Shown: one piece after another, positions 40,287-49,356 of the stretch
Position numbering within the stretch: position 1 is the first letter of the stretch
Layout: each line of letters begins with the position of its first letter
Assembly (NCBI GenBank): GCA_964598015.1
Contig: CAZRAQ010000002.1
Coordinates: 1,488 to 65,487, forward strand
Origin: an uncultured Methanoregula sp.
GTDB taxonomy: Archaea > Halobacteriota > Methanomicrobia > Methanomicrobiales > Methanospirillaceae
Direction: 5' to 3'
Length of the DNA: 64,000 nucleotides
Program-made: the position numbers and the translations under genes
Notes under the pieces: generated by a model
The model's database searches: none
What the model was told of the DNA's origin: nothing
What the model saw: only the letters and a program-made list of their open reading frames with translations

Positions 40287-41042
40287 TCACTTTAAAAGAG
40301 ATTCTGCGAGTCTTATTGCATTTGCATAACCGGACGTGGCGCGCGAAGTATCTACGAAGATTTTGCCGATATTCAGGACTGGTGCGCCATGTCCGTGGCC
40401 CGATCCGAGAAAGGTCAGTGTACGGAAGATAAAATTGCCTGAAATCCCGTCCGGGGCTATTATTACTCCGCAATCCCGGATAGCATCCTCGATCAGGATC
40501 TCGTAGTGCACACCTCCGGTAAGGCGAGCCACGAGTTCGGCATCGGCCAGACTCCGGTCCACGAAGGGGTGTCTTCCGACATCCCCAAGCCTTCCCCCGG
40601 AAAGAATGCCGATCCTGGAAGGAAGGCCGAATTTTTCGGCAAGCGTCCTTGCTTTACAGGCCAGTGCCACTTTTTCCCCGACGGTCCAGCCTTCATCGAC
40701 TCCTACCGGTGCAAGGAAAAATTGCCTTCCATCGGATGTTTCCAGGAGGGCAGCACGCTCCAGATGGTCAACACCACAGGCAGCCTTCAGGGAGGAGAGG
40801 GTGCTATTTGCTGGCAGGGTTCCCCGTATCGCGGCATCGATACGACCATTCGCAAGGTCATCTGCAAGAGAAAAGCCCGGGTCCTGACTTTCACGGAGAG
40901 ATACTCCGGGAGGAATCGGCAACTGGACCGTTCCAAATCCGCTGTAGACGATTATCCGTGACGATCCATCGGTTCCCGGTATGCTTGAAAAGACCTTCCC
41001 GATCTCTTCGCCAGCACCGATACCGATCTTCTTCATTGACAT
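40287..41042 (-). CDS. phosphotransacetylase-like protein, probable methanogenesis marker protein 4
   Basis: About 250 aa. The [11 protein letters not shown]...G..GAPVL tail resembles the phosphate acetyl/butyryl transferase fold. The family name is from memory (TIGR03270). An alternative ATG at 41036 forms an ATGA overlap with the upstream gene's stop. Confidence 0.65.
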   Translation of the reverse strand: MSMKKIGIGAGEEIGKVFSSIPGTDGSSRIIVYSGFGTVQLPIPPGVSLRESQDPGFSLADDLANGRIDAAIRGTLPANSTLSSLKAACGVDHLERAALLETSDGRQFFLAPVGVDEGWTVGEKVALACKARTLAEKFGLPSRIGILSGGRLGDVGRHPFVDRSLADAELVARLTGGVHYEILIEDAIRDCGVIIAPDGISGNFIFRTLTFLGSGHGHGAPVLNIGKIFVDTSRATSGYANAIRLAESLLK

Positions 41043-42043
41043 GGAGTGTTGTCCGGAAAGAGGTGCATGACCCCATGACGGGAAAAATCAAACACAGAAC
41101 TGTCTTCTCCTTCGTAGGTGATTCTCAGTTCATGGCCTGAATCCACGGTCCCGATGACCTTTGCAACCATCCCCACTTTTGCAAACCTCTGCCCGATCTC
41201 ATCGGCATGCTCTGGTCTTGCCGTCAACACGAACCCCATTCCAGGGTAACAGCGGATCCACTGTTCAAACGTCATGCCATGGGCGTTCAGATCCGGTTTT
41301 GGGATCAGGTCAAGATCTACGAAGGCCCCTTTTCCGCTCACTTCGAGGAGCATTCCCAGTGTCCCGATGATCCCGGGATTGCTGATATCCTTCCCTGCAG
41401 TGACAAGGTGCCCCTTGCCAAGCTGCTCAAGAACCTGAACCTGTGCACGGACCACTTCTGCTGGCTTCATGGTGACCGAGTCCCAGTTCAGGGCACAGGA
41501 CGGATGAATCCTGCCGGCGAGGTCGATTGCAATGATGACAACATCACCGGAACAGGCAGTATGGCTGTATATGACTGCATCGCGGGCTGCAGTACCCAGT
41601 ATTGCAACATCGATGACACTGTACGGGGTATCCGGATGAAGATGGCCTCCAACGATGGGAACCCCGAATTGGAACGATGCTGCATGCATCCCCTCAAGGA
41701 CTTTGCTCCGGATGCGCTCATCAGAAATCGAGAAGACATCGACCATCGCGATCGCCCTGCCCCCCATCGCTGCGATATCATGGATGTTGACGAGAACAGA
41801 ACAATACCCCGCCCAGTACGGATCAGCCTCCATCAGCCGGCTCCATATCCCGTCTGCGGCAAGCAGGAGGACTTCGTCACCATGTTCGATCACGGCAGCA
41901 TCCTCCCCAAACGAGGCAATCACATGGGGTGCATCGATGCGGATCGCACGGACCATCTCGCCAATCGATTCTTTCCGCTTTACCCCTTCGTATTCTCGTA
42001 CGACAGCGGCAATCTTAGCGGTGGAGCAGCCATTCAACACCAT
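41033..42043 (-). CDS. AIR-synthase-related (PurM-like) protein, probable methanogenesis marker protein 2
   Basis: 336 aa with a PurM/ThiL/HypE-superfamily pattern (GEDAAVI, NIHDIAAMGG, GGHL, KDISNPGIIGTL). The marker-2 name is from memory (TIGR03267). Confidence 0.7.
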   Translation of the reverse strand: MVLNGCSTAKIAAVVREYEGVKRKESIGEMVRAIRIDAPHVIASFGEDAAVIEHGDEVLLLAADGIWSRLMEADPYWAGYCSVLVNIHDIAAMGGRAIAMVDVFSISDERIRSKVLEGMHAASFQFGVPIVGGHLHPDTPYSVIDVAILGTAARDAVIYSHTACSGDVVIIAIDLAGRIHPSCALNWDSVTMKPAEVVRAQVQVLEQLGKGHLVTAGKDISNPGIIGTLGMLLEVSGKGAFVDLDLIPKPDLNAHGMTFEQWIRCYPGMGFVLTARPEHADEIGQRFAKVGMVAKVIGTVDSGHELRITYEGEDSSVFDFSRHGVMHLFPDNTPCQ

Positions 42044-42125
42044 AGGTCACACATAATCCGCTTCTTACCTAACCAATTGAGCATCATCAGAGATAATTTA
42101 TTTGATACACGGTTGAAGTCTCTAC

Positions 42126-43634
42126 ATGGACTGGGCGTCGAAATATCGCCCGAAGCATGTAGCAGATGTGGTCGGGAACAGCAGTGCATTGCAGCTGATG
42201 GTGGAATGGGCCCGTTCCTGGACGGCGGACAGCAAGCCCCTTCTCCTCCACGGAAAACCGGGGACGGGAAAGACCTCGAGTGCGTATGCTCTTGCAGCCG
42301 ATTTTTCCTGGGAAGTCATTGAGCTGAATGCAAGTGACCAGCGAACCCGTGACATTATAAAAAAGATTGCCGGGACCAGCAGTACCACGGGCAGTATCCT
42401 GGGTGCATCGAGAAAACTCATCCTGCTTGACGAGGCGGACAATCTCCACGGGACGGCTGATCGCGGGGGCGCACGGGCAATTCTCGAGGTGATGCGAACA
42501 ACCCGTCAGCCAATGGTTCTCATTGTCAATGATCTCTACCAACTGGCACCTGATATCAGGTCCCATGCTGAACTGGTGATGTTCCGGGCTCTCCCGGCAC
42601 GCTCAATCGTCCCGAGGCTCCGCTATATCTGCAGTGCGGAAGGGCTGAAGTGCAGTGATGGTGCCTTGAAAGAGATCGCTGAATCGGCTGGCGGCGATAT
42701 GCGTGCAGCCATCACGAGACTTGAAGCGGCAGCAATAGGCCGGTCCATGATAACGGACGACGATGTCTCCACTTCCCGGAAGGATGAGCGGGCATCTGTA
42801 TTTGACCTGGTGAGCTCGGTATATGGAAAAACCGGGCCGCAGGAGCTGATGCGCATCGTGTATGACGTTGATGAACCTCCCGACACAATAGCCCAGTGGA
42901 TCGAGTCAAACATCGGTCATATACAGGACAGGATACGCTATTTCCAGGCATACCGGCAGCTTGTCAGGGCTGATGAGTATATCGGCCTGACGTATCGGCA
43001 GCAGTACTATACCCTGTGGCGATATGCCACTGCCCTCATGGTTCTTGGGGTATCTGATGCAGCAGCAGGCGGAGGGATTCACGGACGAATCGTATCCCCG
43101 GAACGATGGAGGAAGATCGGAAGTTACCGAAAGCAGAAAACGGTCCGCACGGCAATGCTCGGGAAGATAGGCAGAAGCCTGCATCTCTCCCAGTACAAGC
43201 TCCGCGATGCGTACATTACTCCTTTATCCCTTATGGCCGACCGCGATCCTCTGGCGTTCGCCCGTGAGTACTCCCTTGATGCCGATGAACTCAACCTGCT
43301 CATTCACGACAAGACGAGATCTCAAAAGGTGGCAAAAACCCTGATTGACGAGGAACGATCGGTTGAGAAAGAGAAGGAGAAGGCTGATCGGCAGAAGAGA
43401 AAGAGACCTTCCGGATCTTCACCGGCGGACGGTACGATCACCAGCACAGCGGCATCTCAAGCATTTCTTCAGAGCAGGAAGGGAGAAGTCACGAACTGTC
43501 CGCAAGAGACTCCCCCTTTGAGTAGTGATATAAAAGAGCACCCGCCTGAATCACTGCCCTCCGGGGACAGCGGATCTGGTGAAGAGAAACAGCCAGGAAA
43601 GCATACTCAAAAGACCCTCTTTGACGGCTTCTGA
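42126..43634 (+). CDS. rfcL: replication factor C large subunit
   Basis: N-terminus is MDWASKYRPKHVADVVGN. Also carries Walker A GKPGTGKTS, DEADN and a Lys/Glu-rich C-terminal tail. Confidence 0.95.
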   Translation: MDWASKYRPKHVADVVGNSSALQLMVEWARSWTADSKPLLLHGKPGTGKTSSAYALAADFSWEVIELNASDQRTRDIIKKIAGTSSTTGSILGASRKLILLDEADNLHGTADRGGARAILEVMRTTRQPMVLIVNDLYQLAPDIRSHAELVMFRALPARSIVPRLRYICSAEGLKCSDGALKEIAESAGGDMRAAITRLEAAAIGRSMITDDDVSTSRKDERASVFDLVSSVYGKTGPQELMRIVYDVDEPPDTIAQWIESNIGHIQDRIRYFQAYRQLVRADEYIGLTYRQQYYTLWRYATALMVLGVSDAAAGGGIHGRIVSPERWRKIGSYRKQKTVRTAMLGKIGRSLHLSQYKLRDAYITPLSLMADRDPLAFAREYSLDADELNLLIHDKTRSQKVAKTLIDEERSVEKEKEKADRQKRKRPSGSSPADGTITSTAASQAFLQSRKGEVTNCPQETPPLSSDIKEHPPESLPSGDSGSGEEKQPGKHTQKTLFDGF

Positions 43635-44029
43635 CTCTTGTGGTAGCGGTGGAGGGGGACCCGGCAGTCAAGGATCTCTCCACCCCGACCGTATCCTTCA
43701 AACCCAAGATGATAGACGATAAGGTCAACATCGAGATGCCGGGCAAGCCGGATCAGGGCTGGCACCATCTCTTCACCGGGGCGGACTGAGTAGATCACCT
43801 CAACATCCTGGTATAAGCTGGTATCCGGGGAGAATATGTCATCGATGTAGAAAGGGAGATCAGGTGCTGTTCGCGGCGTCAGGACATCGGTGCAAAAAAC
43901 CTTCCCCCCGGAATTCCTGATTATCCCGGCAGCGGTGAAATTGTCGCCAACACCTACTTCTCCGGCAGAACGGTAGCGGGACGCAATGCAGGCTCCGATA
44001 CACCGTTCAATATGCTTATGACCGCCCAT
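43607..44029 (-). CDS. UPF0146 family protein
   Basis: 140 aa. EVGVG...G..V..TD and IYS.RPG.E resemble the methanogen UPF0146 (Rossmann-like) family as recalled. Its 3' end overlaps the rfcL 3' end by 28 nt. Confidence 0.6.
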   Translation of the reverse strand: MGGHKHIERCIGACIASRYRSAGEVGVGDNFTAAGIIRNSGGKVFCTDVLTPRTAPDLPFYIDDIFSPDTSLYQDVEVIYSVRPGEEMVPALIRLARHLDVDLIVYHLGFEGYGRGGEILDCRVPLHRYHKSQKPSKRVF

Positions 44030-44044
44030 TGTGAGTACATTGTA

Positions 44045-44593
44045 ATGGATCTCCTTATTTTTTGGGATTCCGGAGCCCCTGCCGGGCTCGAACTCCCGGT
44101 CATGCGGTTGATCTCCGGCATGCTAGCCATCCCGTCAAAGGTATGCGAAAACCCGCTCATCATGAGCGGATATTCAGGCTCCCGTCGCCAGACCGACGCC
44201 TGTGTCCTGCTCGATACGCTTGACCTGTTCAAGCAGCGACAGGGTATCAGGAATCAGGTCCTGCTCGTTACCGGGAATGATATCTTCTCTGCTGGGCTGT
44301 CATCGTTGTTTGGTCTTGCGCGTCCGACAGCGGGTGCTGCAGTCGTGTCCACTGCCCGCCTCTCCAATGAATTTTACGGGAGAGCCGGGAGCGAGGATGA
44401 CCTGATCGACCGTACGGTGAAAGAGAGTGCCCACGAAATAGGCCATCTGCTCGGGCTTGACCACTGCATGGCACCTGAATGCATCATGCATAATCCCCTA
44501 ACGCTCGATGACCTTGACCGTAAAAAGCGCTGGTTCTGCCCCGATTGCAAAGATCTTCTTGATAGTGCACGCATACTCGCTTCCCTTTCCTGA
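44045..44593 (+). CDS. amzA: archaemetzincin (zinc metallopeptidase)
   Basis: HEIGHLLGLDHC followed by C..C......C..C is the archaemetzincin signature. Start was set at MDLLIFW (44045). Confidence 0.9.
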   Translation: MDLLIFWDSGAPAGLELPVMRLISGMLAIPSKVCENPLIMSGYSGSRRQTDACVLLDTLDLFKQRQGIRNQVLLVTGNDIFSAGLSSLFGLARPTAGAAVVSTARLSNEFYGRAGSEDDLIDRTVKESAHEIGHLLGLDHCMAPECIMHNPLTLDDLDRKKRWFCPDCKDLLDSARILASLS

Positions 44594-45109
44594 ATTCCTC
44601 ATCATCACCGGCTCATCCCGATAAATAAACAGACTCCTCGCTGTTTTGTGCAGGAAAGACCGGAACCGCGCGCGGAATCCACCTGCCGATCCTGAAACTA
44701 AAACCGTCACTTGGGTATCCTTTTCTGTGCGGTCGCTGTGTATTGCATGTGGGGGTATGTGAGCGGTCTGCCCACACAAAATGTATCCGGTTCGTCAATC
44801 AGACCCACAGCGGAGAGCGAAGGGCCAGAAAACAATTGTCGCCGGAACATCTCAAGGGCGACATTGAAGAGGCCAGCACTGAGGTTTCTGGATATTCTCG
44901 GGATAACTCCGGTAATTGTGGTTGGTAAACGAATTTGTCGATACATCCAGTCTGTCCGGAACAGGTTGACGGATCTCTAGAAAATCGTGCTGCTGTTGCA
45001 CAAGGCACAAAAGGAGAACGGTGTGAAGATACAGCGATTCAGAGCTCTGCTCATTCGCACAAGACGAAACGGGCCTGCGTTATTTCGCGACCGGGAAAAA
45101 AGGGGGAGT

Positions 45110-45424
45110 TCAGCCGAACAGGGCACCGAGCCCTGCCATGCCGCTCTCTTCTTCTTCCTTCTTGTCTTCGGGGGCCGGGGCAGCGGCGGCAGGCGCGGAT
45201 GCTGCAGCAGCGGCGGCAGGCGCAGCAGCTGCAACAGCAACCGGGGCGGCTGCAGCCTTGCTGATGGCCTCATCGATATTTACCCCGTCAAGGGCAGCTA
45301 CCAGCGCCTTGATACGGGCGTCGTCAACAGCGATACCGGCAGCGGTAAGGACCGCTTTTACACTCTCTTCATTGATCGGCTTTCCTGCCTTGTGCAGGAG
45401 AAGCGCTGCATAAATATACTCCAT
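45110..45424 (-). CDS. rpl12: 50S ribosomal stalk protein P1 (L12e)
   Basis: N-terminus is [15 protein letters not shown]. It has an Ala/Pro hinge, an acidic stretch and the GLGALFG C-terminus. Confidence 0.9.
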   Translation of the reverse strand: MEYIYAALLLHKAGKPINEESVKAVLTAAGIAVDDARIKALVAALDGVNIDEAISKAAAAPVAVAAAAPAAAAAASAPAAAAPAPEDKKEEEESGMAGLGALFG

Positions 45425-45450
45425 CTCTTTCACCTACTCTCAAATTTTTT

Positions 45451-46305
45451 TTAAGATCCCCCAACCAGGTCCTGGAGGGCGGCACTTTCCCTGTGTGCTT
45501 TTCCAATAATACCATCAATCACGTCTTTCTCGTAGACACTGGCCTCGATTGCAAGACCGCGGGCTTCCCGGACTGCGCGGGTGATGATCGGCGCCATGGT
45601 CTCCGTTGTCGGGATTGCCGCATTGACCGACAGGTTGAATGCCTGCTGTCCGGCAAGGGAGATCTGCCGTAAAATCATCTCCTCGTCTATCGCAAGAACA
45701 GACGGTTCATACACGCTGCCCTCAAAGAAAGCAGCCTGCAGGCTGAGACCAACGTCCATCGGCTTTATACCAAGCTTTGACAGGACATCGGCAAGCTTTG
45801 CATTGATCGCCTCACCTTTCCGCACGACCGTCTTGGTCTCACGGATCTTCACCTTCCCTGCTTCGATTGCCGCAGGAATTCCTGACTGCTGAAGCTCGCC
45901 AACGATCGGCCCCGGCCTGAAACTGGTCGGACCTTTCTCGACCACGATGTCTTCAGGAGCCTTTTCTCCAGGCTTTGCAGCCATCTTGGTCTTGGTTTTC
46001 TCGAGCTTCTTGAACAGCTTGAACGGGTTTTCATTGGTGAAGATGATCGCAGAATGCCCGGAGATAAAGTTCCCCAGGGCAGTGACGTCCCCGCCGACCT
46101 CCCTGAATGCATGCTCGATCAGGGTGTTCCTCGTCATCTTGAGCTTTGCAGTCCCTTTCAGGTTTCTCCTGATCTGCTGGAGCTGGGATGCGGGGATACC
46201 ATACATATCGACGAGCCCGATAAGCGCATACTTCCCGATATCTGCCTTTATCTCTTCAACCTCGCTCCGCTTCCACGCCGGGAGGTGATGGGTGTACAGC
46301 GCCAT
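45451..46305 (-). CDS. rpl10: 50S ribosomal protein uL10 (P0)
   Basis: 284 aa. Its position between L1 and P1, and the N-terminal pattern PAWKRSEVEEI, support the call. It shares one nt with the rpl1 stop. Confidence 0.95.
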   Translation of the reverse strand: MALYTHHLPAWKRSEVEEIKADIGKYALIGLVDMYGIPASQLQQIRRNLKGTAKLKMTRNTLIEHAFREVGGDVTALGNFISGHSAIIFTNENPFKLFKKLEKTKTKMAAKPGEKAPEDIVVEKGPTSFRPGPIVGELQQSGIPAAIEAGKVKIRETKTVVRKGEAINAKLADVLSKLGIKPMDVGLSLQAAFFEGSVYEPSVLAIDEEMILRQISLAGQQAFNLSVNAAIPTTETMAPIITRAVREARGLAIEASVYEKDVIDGIIGKAHRESAALQDLVGGS

Positions 46306-46949
46306 TATAACAGCCTCTCTGCAGGGCCCATGGTGGTCTTGACAAAGACAGACCTGATGTTCATCGGTCCCTGATCGAGAACAGTCTCGATTTTTTTCAG
46401 GACCGCGTCGATATTTTCTGCGATCTGCTCAGGGGGCATCTGCGTAGACCCGACCTTGACATGGAACGTCTTTTTATCCTTCGTCCGGATCTTCACGGAT
46501 TTCCGGAGACGCTCAACAATCGGCCTGATATCGGTCCCGCCAGGAATAGGTGTCGGCATACGACCTCTTGGCCCGAGACGGGGTCCAAGGAACCGGCCGA
46601 CCTGTGGCATCACACCGGTGTCTGCAAGGAAGAAGCGGTATTTTCCCGCAACCAGTCTTGCTTCGCGTGGTTCGCCACCAAGGCGTTCGATCTCTTCCGG
46701 GCCGATGATCAGGTCCACTCCGGCTTCACGTGCCTGGGTGGTAATGTCTCCCTTGCCGAGAACCGCAATCCCCACCGTCTTTCCTGTGCCGTGGGGAAGA
46801 AGAATCGTCTCATCGATACGGTTCTTCGGCTGCGCCATGTCGATATTCTTGAGATTGACAGTGATATCCACACTCTCAGAGAACTTACGTTCAGGCGCCT
46901 TCTCAATGGCCGCTTTGACGGCCTCCAAAATTCTGGCCCTTTCTACCAT
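46305..46949 (-). CDS. rpl1: 50S ribosomal protein uL1
   Basis: 214 aa. FSESVDITVNLKNID..PKNRID matches the L1 family. Confidence 0.95.
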   Translation of the reverse strand: MVERARILEAVKAAIEKAPERKFSESVDITVNLKNIDMAQPKNRIDETILLPHGTGKTVGIAVLGKGDITTQAREAGVDLIIGPEEIERLGGEPREARLVAGKYRFFLADTGVMPQVGRFLGPRLGPRGRMPTPIPGGTDIRPIVERLRKSVKIRTKDKKTFHVKVGSTQMPPEQIAENIDAVLKKIETVLDQGPMNIRSVFVKTTMGPAERLL

Positions 46950-47007
46950 ATGGTTCCTCCATAGTCCTCGACCATATCTGATCTTCTATGGGTTGTCTGC
47001 CAATTCG

Positions 47008-47484
47008 TTACGATGCGAAAACCGCGTCATACGTTCCGGCATCGATCGCCGCAAGGACTTCCCTTGGGCGTTTGCCGTCTACGTTCACACCCATCGAAAG
47101 ACAGGTCCCGACAACTTCCTTGACCGCATTCTTGAGGTCGTAAGAGAGCATGTCGCCTGCCTTCATACGGGCGATCCTGACCGCGGCCTGCATCGGCAAG
47201 TCCCCAACCACATTCAGGTTGGGCTCGGGGGATCCTTTCTCGATATGAACCTCTTTTTTTATGAGAGCCGTCGTGGGTGGAATCCCCACGGTGACCGTGA
47301 AATTCTTCTTGTCATCGACTTCGATCCTTACCGGCACCTGCATGCCGTTGAATTCCGAGGTCTTCTTGTTGATCTCATCGACAACTGCCTTCACGTTTAT
47401 ACCGAGTGGTCCGAGAGCGGGTCCGATGGGCGGACCTGCGGTTGCCTTGCCTCCGGATACGAGTACCTCGACCACGTCTGCCAT
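47008..47484 (-). CDS. rpl11: 50S ribosomal protein uL11
   Basis: [20 protein letters not shown] is the L11 signature. Confidence 0.95.
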   Translation of the reverse strand: MADVVEVLVSGGKATAGPPIGPALGPLGINVKAVVDEINKKTSEFNGMQVPVRIEVDDKKNFTVTVGIPPTTALIKKEVHIEKGSPEPNLNVVGDLPMQAAVRIARMKAGDMLSYDLKNAVKEVVGTCLSMGVNVDGKRPREVLAAIDAGTYDAVFAS

Positions 47485-47584
47485 GGTATCACCATGCTGT
47501 CCCGCTGAAACGGTTTCAGCGTGGGTTAAAAAAGGTAGACCCGTAAAGACTTAAAGGTTATAGCCGGAGCAGGAGGGAAAGCGT

Positions 47585-48058
47585 TCAGGTATTGTCGCCA
47601 CGATCGACAACCCTGACATTGTCCCCTCTCACCGTGATGGGGATAGGGAGAACGCTCTCGTAGAGCTCGACCGTGATCTCTTCCTTTCCTGCATCGATCC
47701 GTTTTACGACGGCCTTTTCACCTTTGAACGGTCCTGCAATGAGTTCAACGATGGTGCCCTCAGAGATTCCGCTGACGACCGGTTTTGGCACCAGGAAGTG
47801 GGCCACTTCGCCAAACGTTGTCTCTCCACGCACGACCGTGCGCGCATGGGCGACCTTTTCTACAAGCTGTTCTATCCTCGCCAGGCTTTCAGGCGTCTCC
47901 ACGAGCACATATCCTTTCAGCTCATCAGGTACGATGATCGCGGTCACCTTTACATCCGAAGCCCCGGTATCGATGGCCTTCTTGATGTTGTCGGCGACAG
48001 TCCGCTCCTGCTTTGATGTGGTCTTGATGGCAAAAATGCGATTGGTAAATTCTTCCAT
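47585..48058 (-). CDS. spt5: transcription elongation factor Spt5 (NusG)
   Basis: 157 aa with an NGN domain (IFAIKTTSKQE) and a KOW motif (GPFKGEKAVV). Confidence 0.95.
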   Translation of the reverse strand: MEEFTNRIFAIKTTSKQERTVADNIKKAIDTGASDVKVTAIIVPDELKGYVLVETPESLARIEQLVEKVAHARTVVRGETTFGEVAHFLVPKPVVSGISEGTIVELIAGPFKGEKAVVKRIDAGKEEITVELYESVLPIPITVRGDNVRVVDRGDNT

Positions 48059-48063
48059 AACAA

Positions 48064-48258
48064 TCAGGACAGGGGGATCATCCCGATGTAGATCAGGAAC
48101 CCGACCAGCCCGACGACCATGATACCTGCCGCGGCAACCAGTGCGATCTTCCTGAACTCATCCGGTGTCGGGGTTCTTGCCAGCTTGAGGATCCTCCAGT
48201 ATTTCCGGAACAACTCCTCGTTCACATCGAATTTTATATCGGGTTTTGAAATTTCCAT
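48064..48258 (-). CDS. secE: protein translocase subunit SecE (Sec61 gamma)
   Basis: 64 aa with a single C-terminal TM helix. It sits in the conserved position between ftsZ and spt5. Confidence 0.85.
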   Translation of the reverse strand: MEISKPDIKFDVNEELFRKYWRILKLARTPTPDEFRKIALVAAAGIMVVGLVGFLIYIGMIPLS

Positions 48259-48264
48259 GGGCGA

Positions 48265-49356
48265 TCACTTCAGAAAATCTATTTCAAACTGTTTCTGAAC
48301 TTTTGGGGTTATCTTCTCGTTCCTACCATATATTTGTGGCGACCGTACACCGGTGACTACCAGCATCGTCCTCATCTTGCCCTGCATCGTAGGATCGACC
48401 TGGGCTCCCCAGATGATCCGCGCGCCCGGATCAATCCGGTTATACACTTCCTGGATAACTCCCTCCGCTTCCGACATGGTCATATCAGGACCCCCAACCA
48501 CGTTGACAAGGGCAGCAGTGGCGCCCGAGATGTCGACGTCAAGAAGCGGCGAGCGGATGGCTTTCTTGACCGAGTCAGCGGCCTTGTCTTCGCTGTCGCT
48601 CTCACCCATCCCGATCATGGCCACGCCGCCCCGCTCCATGACCGTCCGGACGTCGGCAAAATCAAGGTTGACCAGTCCGGGCATGGTGATAAGTTCCGTG
48701 ATGCCCTTGACGGCACGCATCAGTACTTCATCGGCGACCTTGAAGGCTGCATAGAGCGGAAGGCGGGGAACAACTTCGAGGAGCCGGTCGTTTGGCACAA
48801 CGATCACCGTATCGGCAACATCCCGGAGGCGTTCGAGCCCGGCCTCGGCATTTTCCATCCGGATGGCACCTTCTGCAGTGAACGGCAGGGTCACCACCGC
48901 GATGGTAAGGGAGCCCTCATCCCTTGCCGCCTTTGCAATGATAGGAGCGGCACCCGTACCTGTGCCGCCACCAAGGCCAACCGTGATGAAGACCATGTCG
49001 CTTCCCGAGACAATCTTCTTGATGTCCTGCTCGTTCTCGAGTGCAGCCTCTTCGCCGATCTGGGGGATGGACCCTGCTCCAAGTCCACGGGTCCTCTGTC
49101 GCCCGATCAGGATACGATGATCCGCCACGGTCCGGGCCAGGTGCTGGGCATCGGTGTTCATGGCAATCAGGTTTGCCCCATGGATACCCTCCTCTTTCAT
49201 CCGGGTTATGGTATTTGACCCGCTTCCCCCACAGCCAATGACGGTGATCTCGGTTTTGAGCTCCTTCAGTATCTGGTCAAGTTCCTCATTTTCAGAGAGG
49301 ACCCTGGCAGGCTCGGCACTCACCTTGGTCAGCGCTTCTTCAACAATCGATCTCAT
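48265..49356 (-). CDS. ftsZ: cell division protein FtsZ
   Basis: GCGGSGSN and [12 protein letters not shown] are the tubulin signature. The ATG at 49356 forms an ATGA overlap with the dtdA stop, so it is preferred over 49389. Confidence 0.95.
   Translation of the reverse strand: MRSIVEEALTKVSAEPARVLSENEELDQILKELKTEITVIGCGGSGSNTITRMKEEGIHGANLIAMNTDAQHLARTVADHRILIGRQRTRGLGAGSIPQIGEEAALENEQDIKKIVSGSDMVFITVGLGGGTGTGAAPIIAKAARDEGSLTIAVVTLPFTAEGAIRMENAEAGLERLRDVADTVIVVPNDRLLEVVPRLPLYAAFKVADEVLMRAVKGITELITMPGLVNLDFADVRTVMERGGVAMIGMGESDSEDKAADSVKKAIRSPLLDVDISGATAALVNVVGGPDMTMSEAEGVIQEVYNRIDPGARIIWGAQVDPTMQGKMRTMLVVTGVRSPQIYGRNEKITPKVQKQFEIDFLK

Noticed and set aside
44651-44664. CAGGAAAGACCGGA resembling the RNase P RNA P4 5' strand (GAGGAAAGUCCGG), with a complementary TCCGGT about 120 nt downstream
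   Set aside because: The spacing is far too short for a specificity domain. I could find none of the other universally conserved RNase P regions on either strand, such as the ACAGAA-type P4 3' strand context or GGUAAGGGUGAAA-like J11/12. No SRP-RNA motif (GGAAGGGAGCA-type helix 8) is present either.
46456-47508. Long antisense ORFs opposite well-supported genes. Examples: 46456..47508 vs rpl1/rpl11, 48334..49218 vs ftsZ, 41207..42322 vs the PurM-like gene, 32569..33618 and 31874..32638 vs sucCD, 29579..30436 vs korA, 54664..55623 and 54001..54618 vs ileS, 25338..26021 vs the ABC permease.
   Set aside because: Each overlaps a gene that has unambiguous family signatures on the other strand. 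Their translations are Arg/Pro/Gly/Ser-rich with no recognisable motifs. This is the typical shadow-ORF pattern of moderately GC-rich coding DNA.
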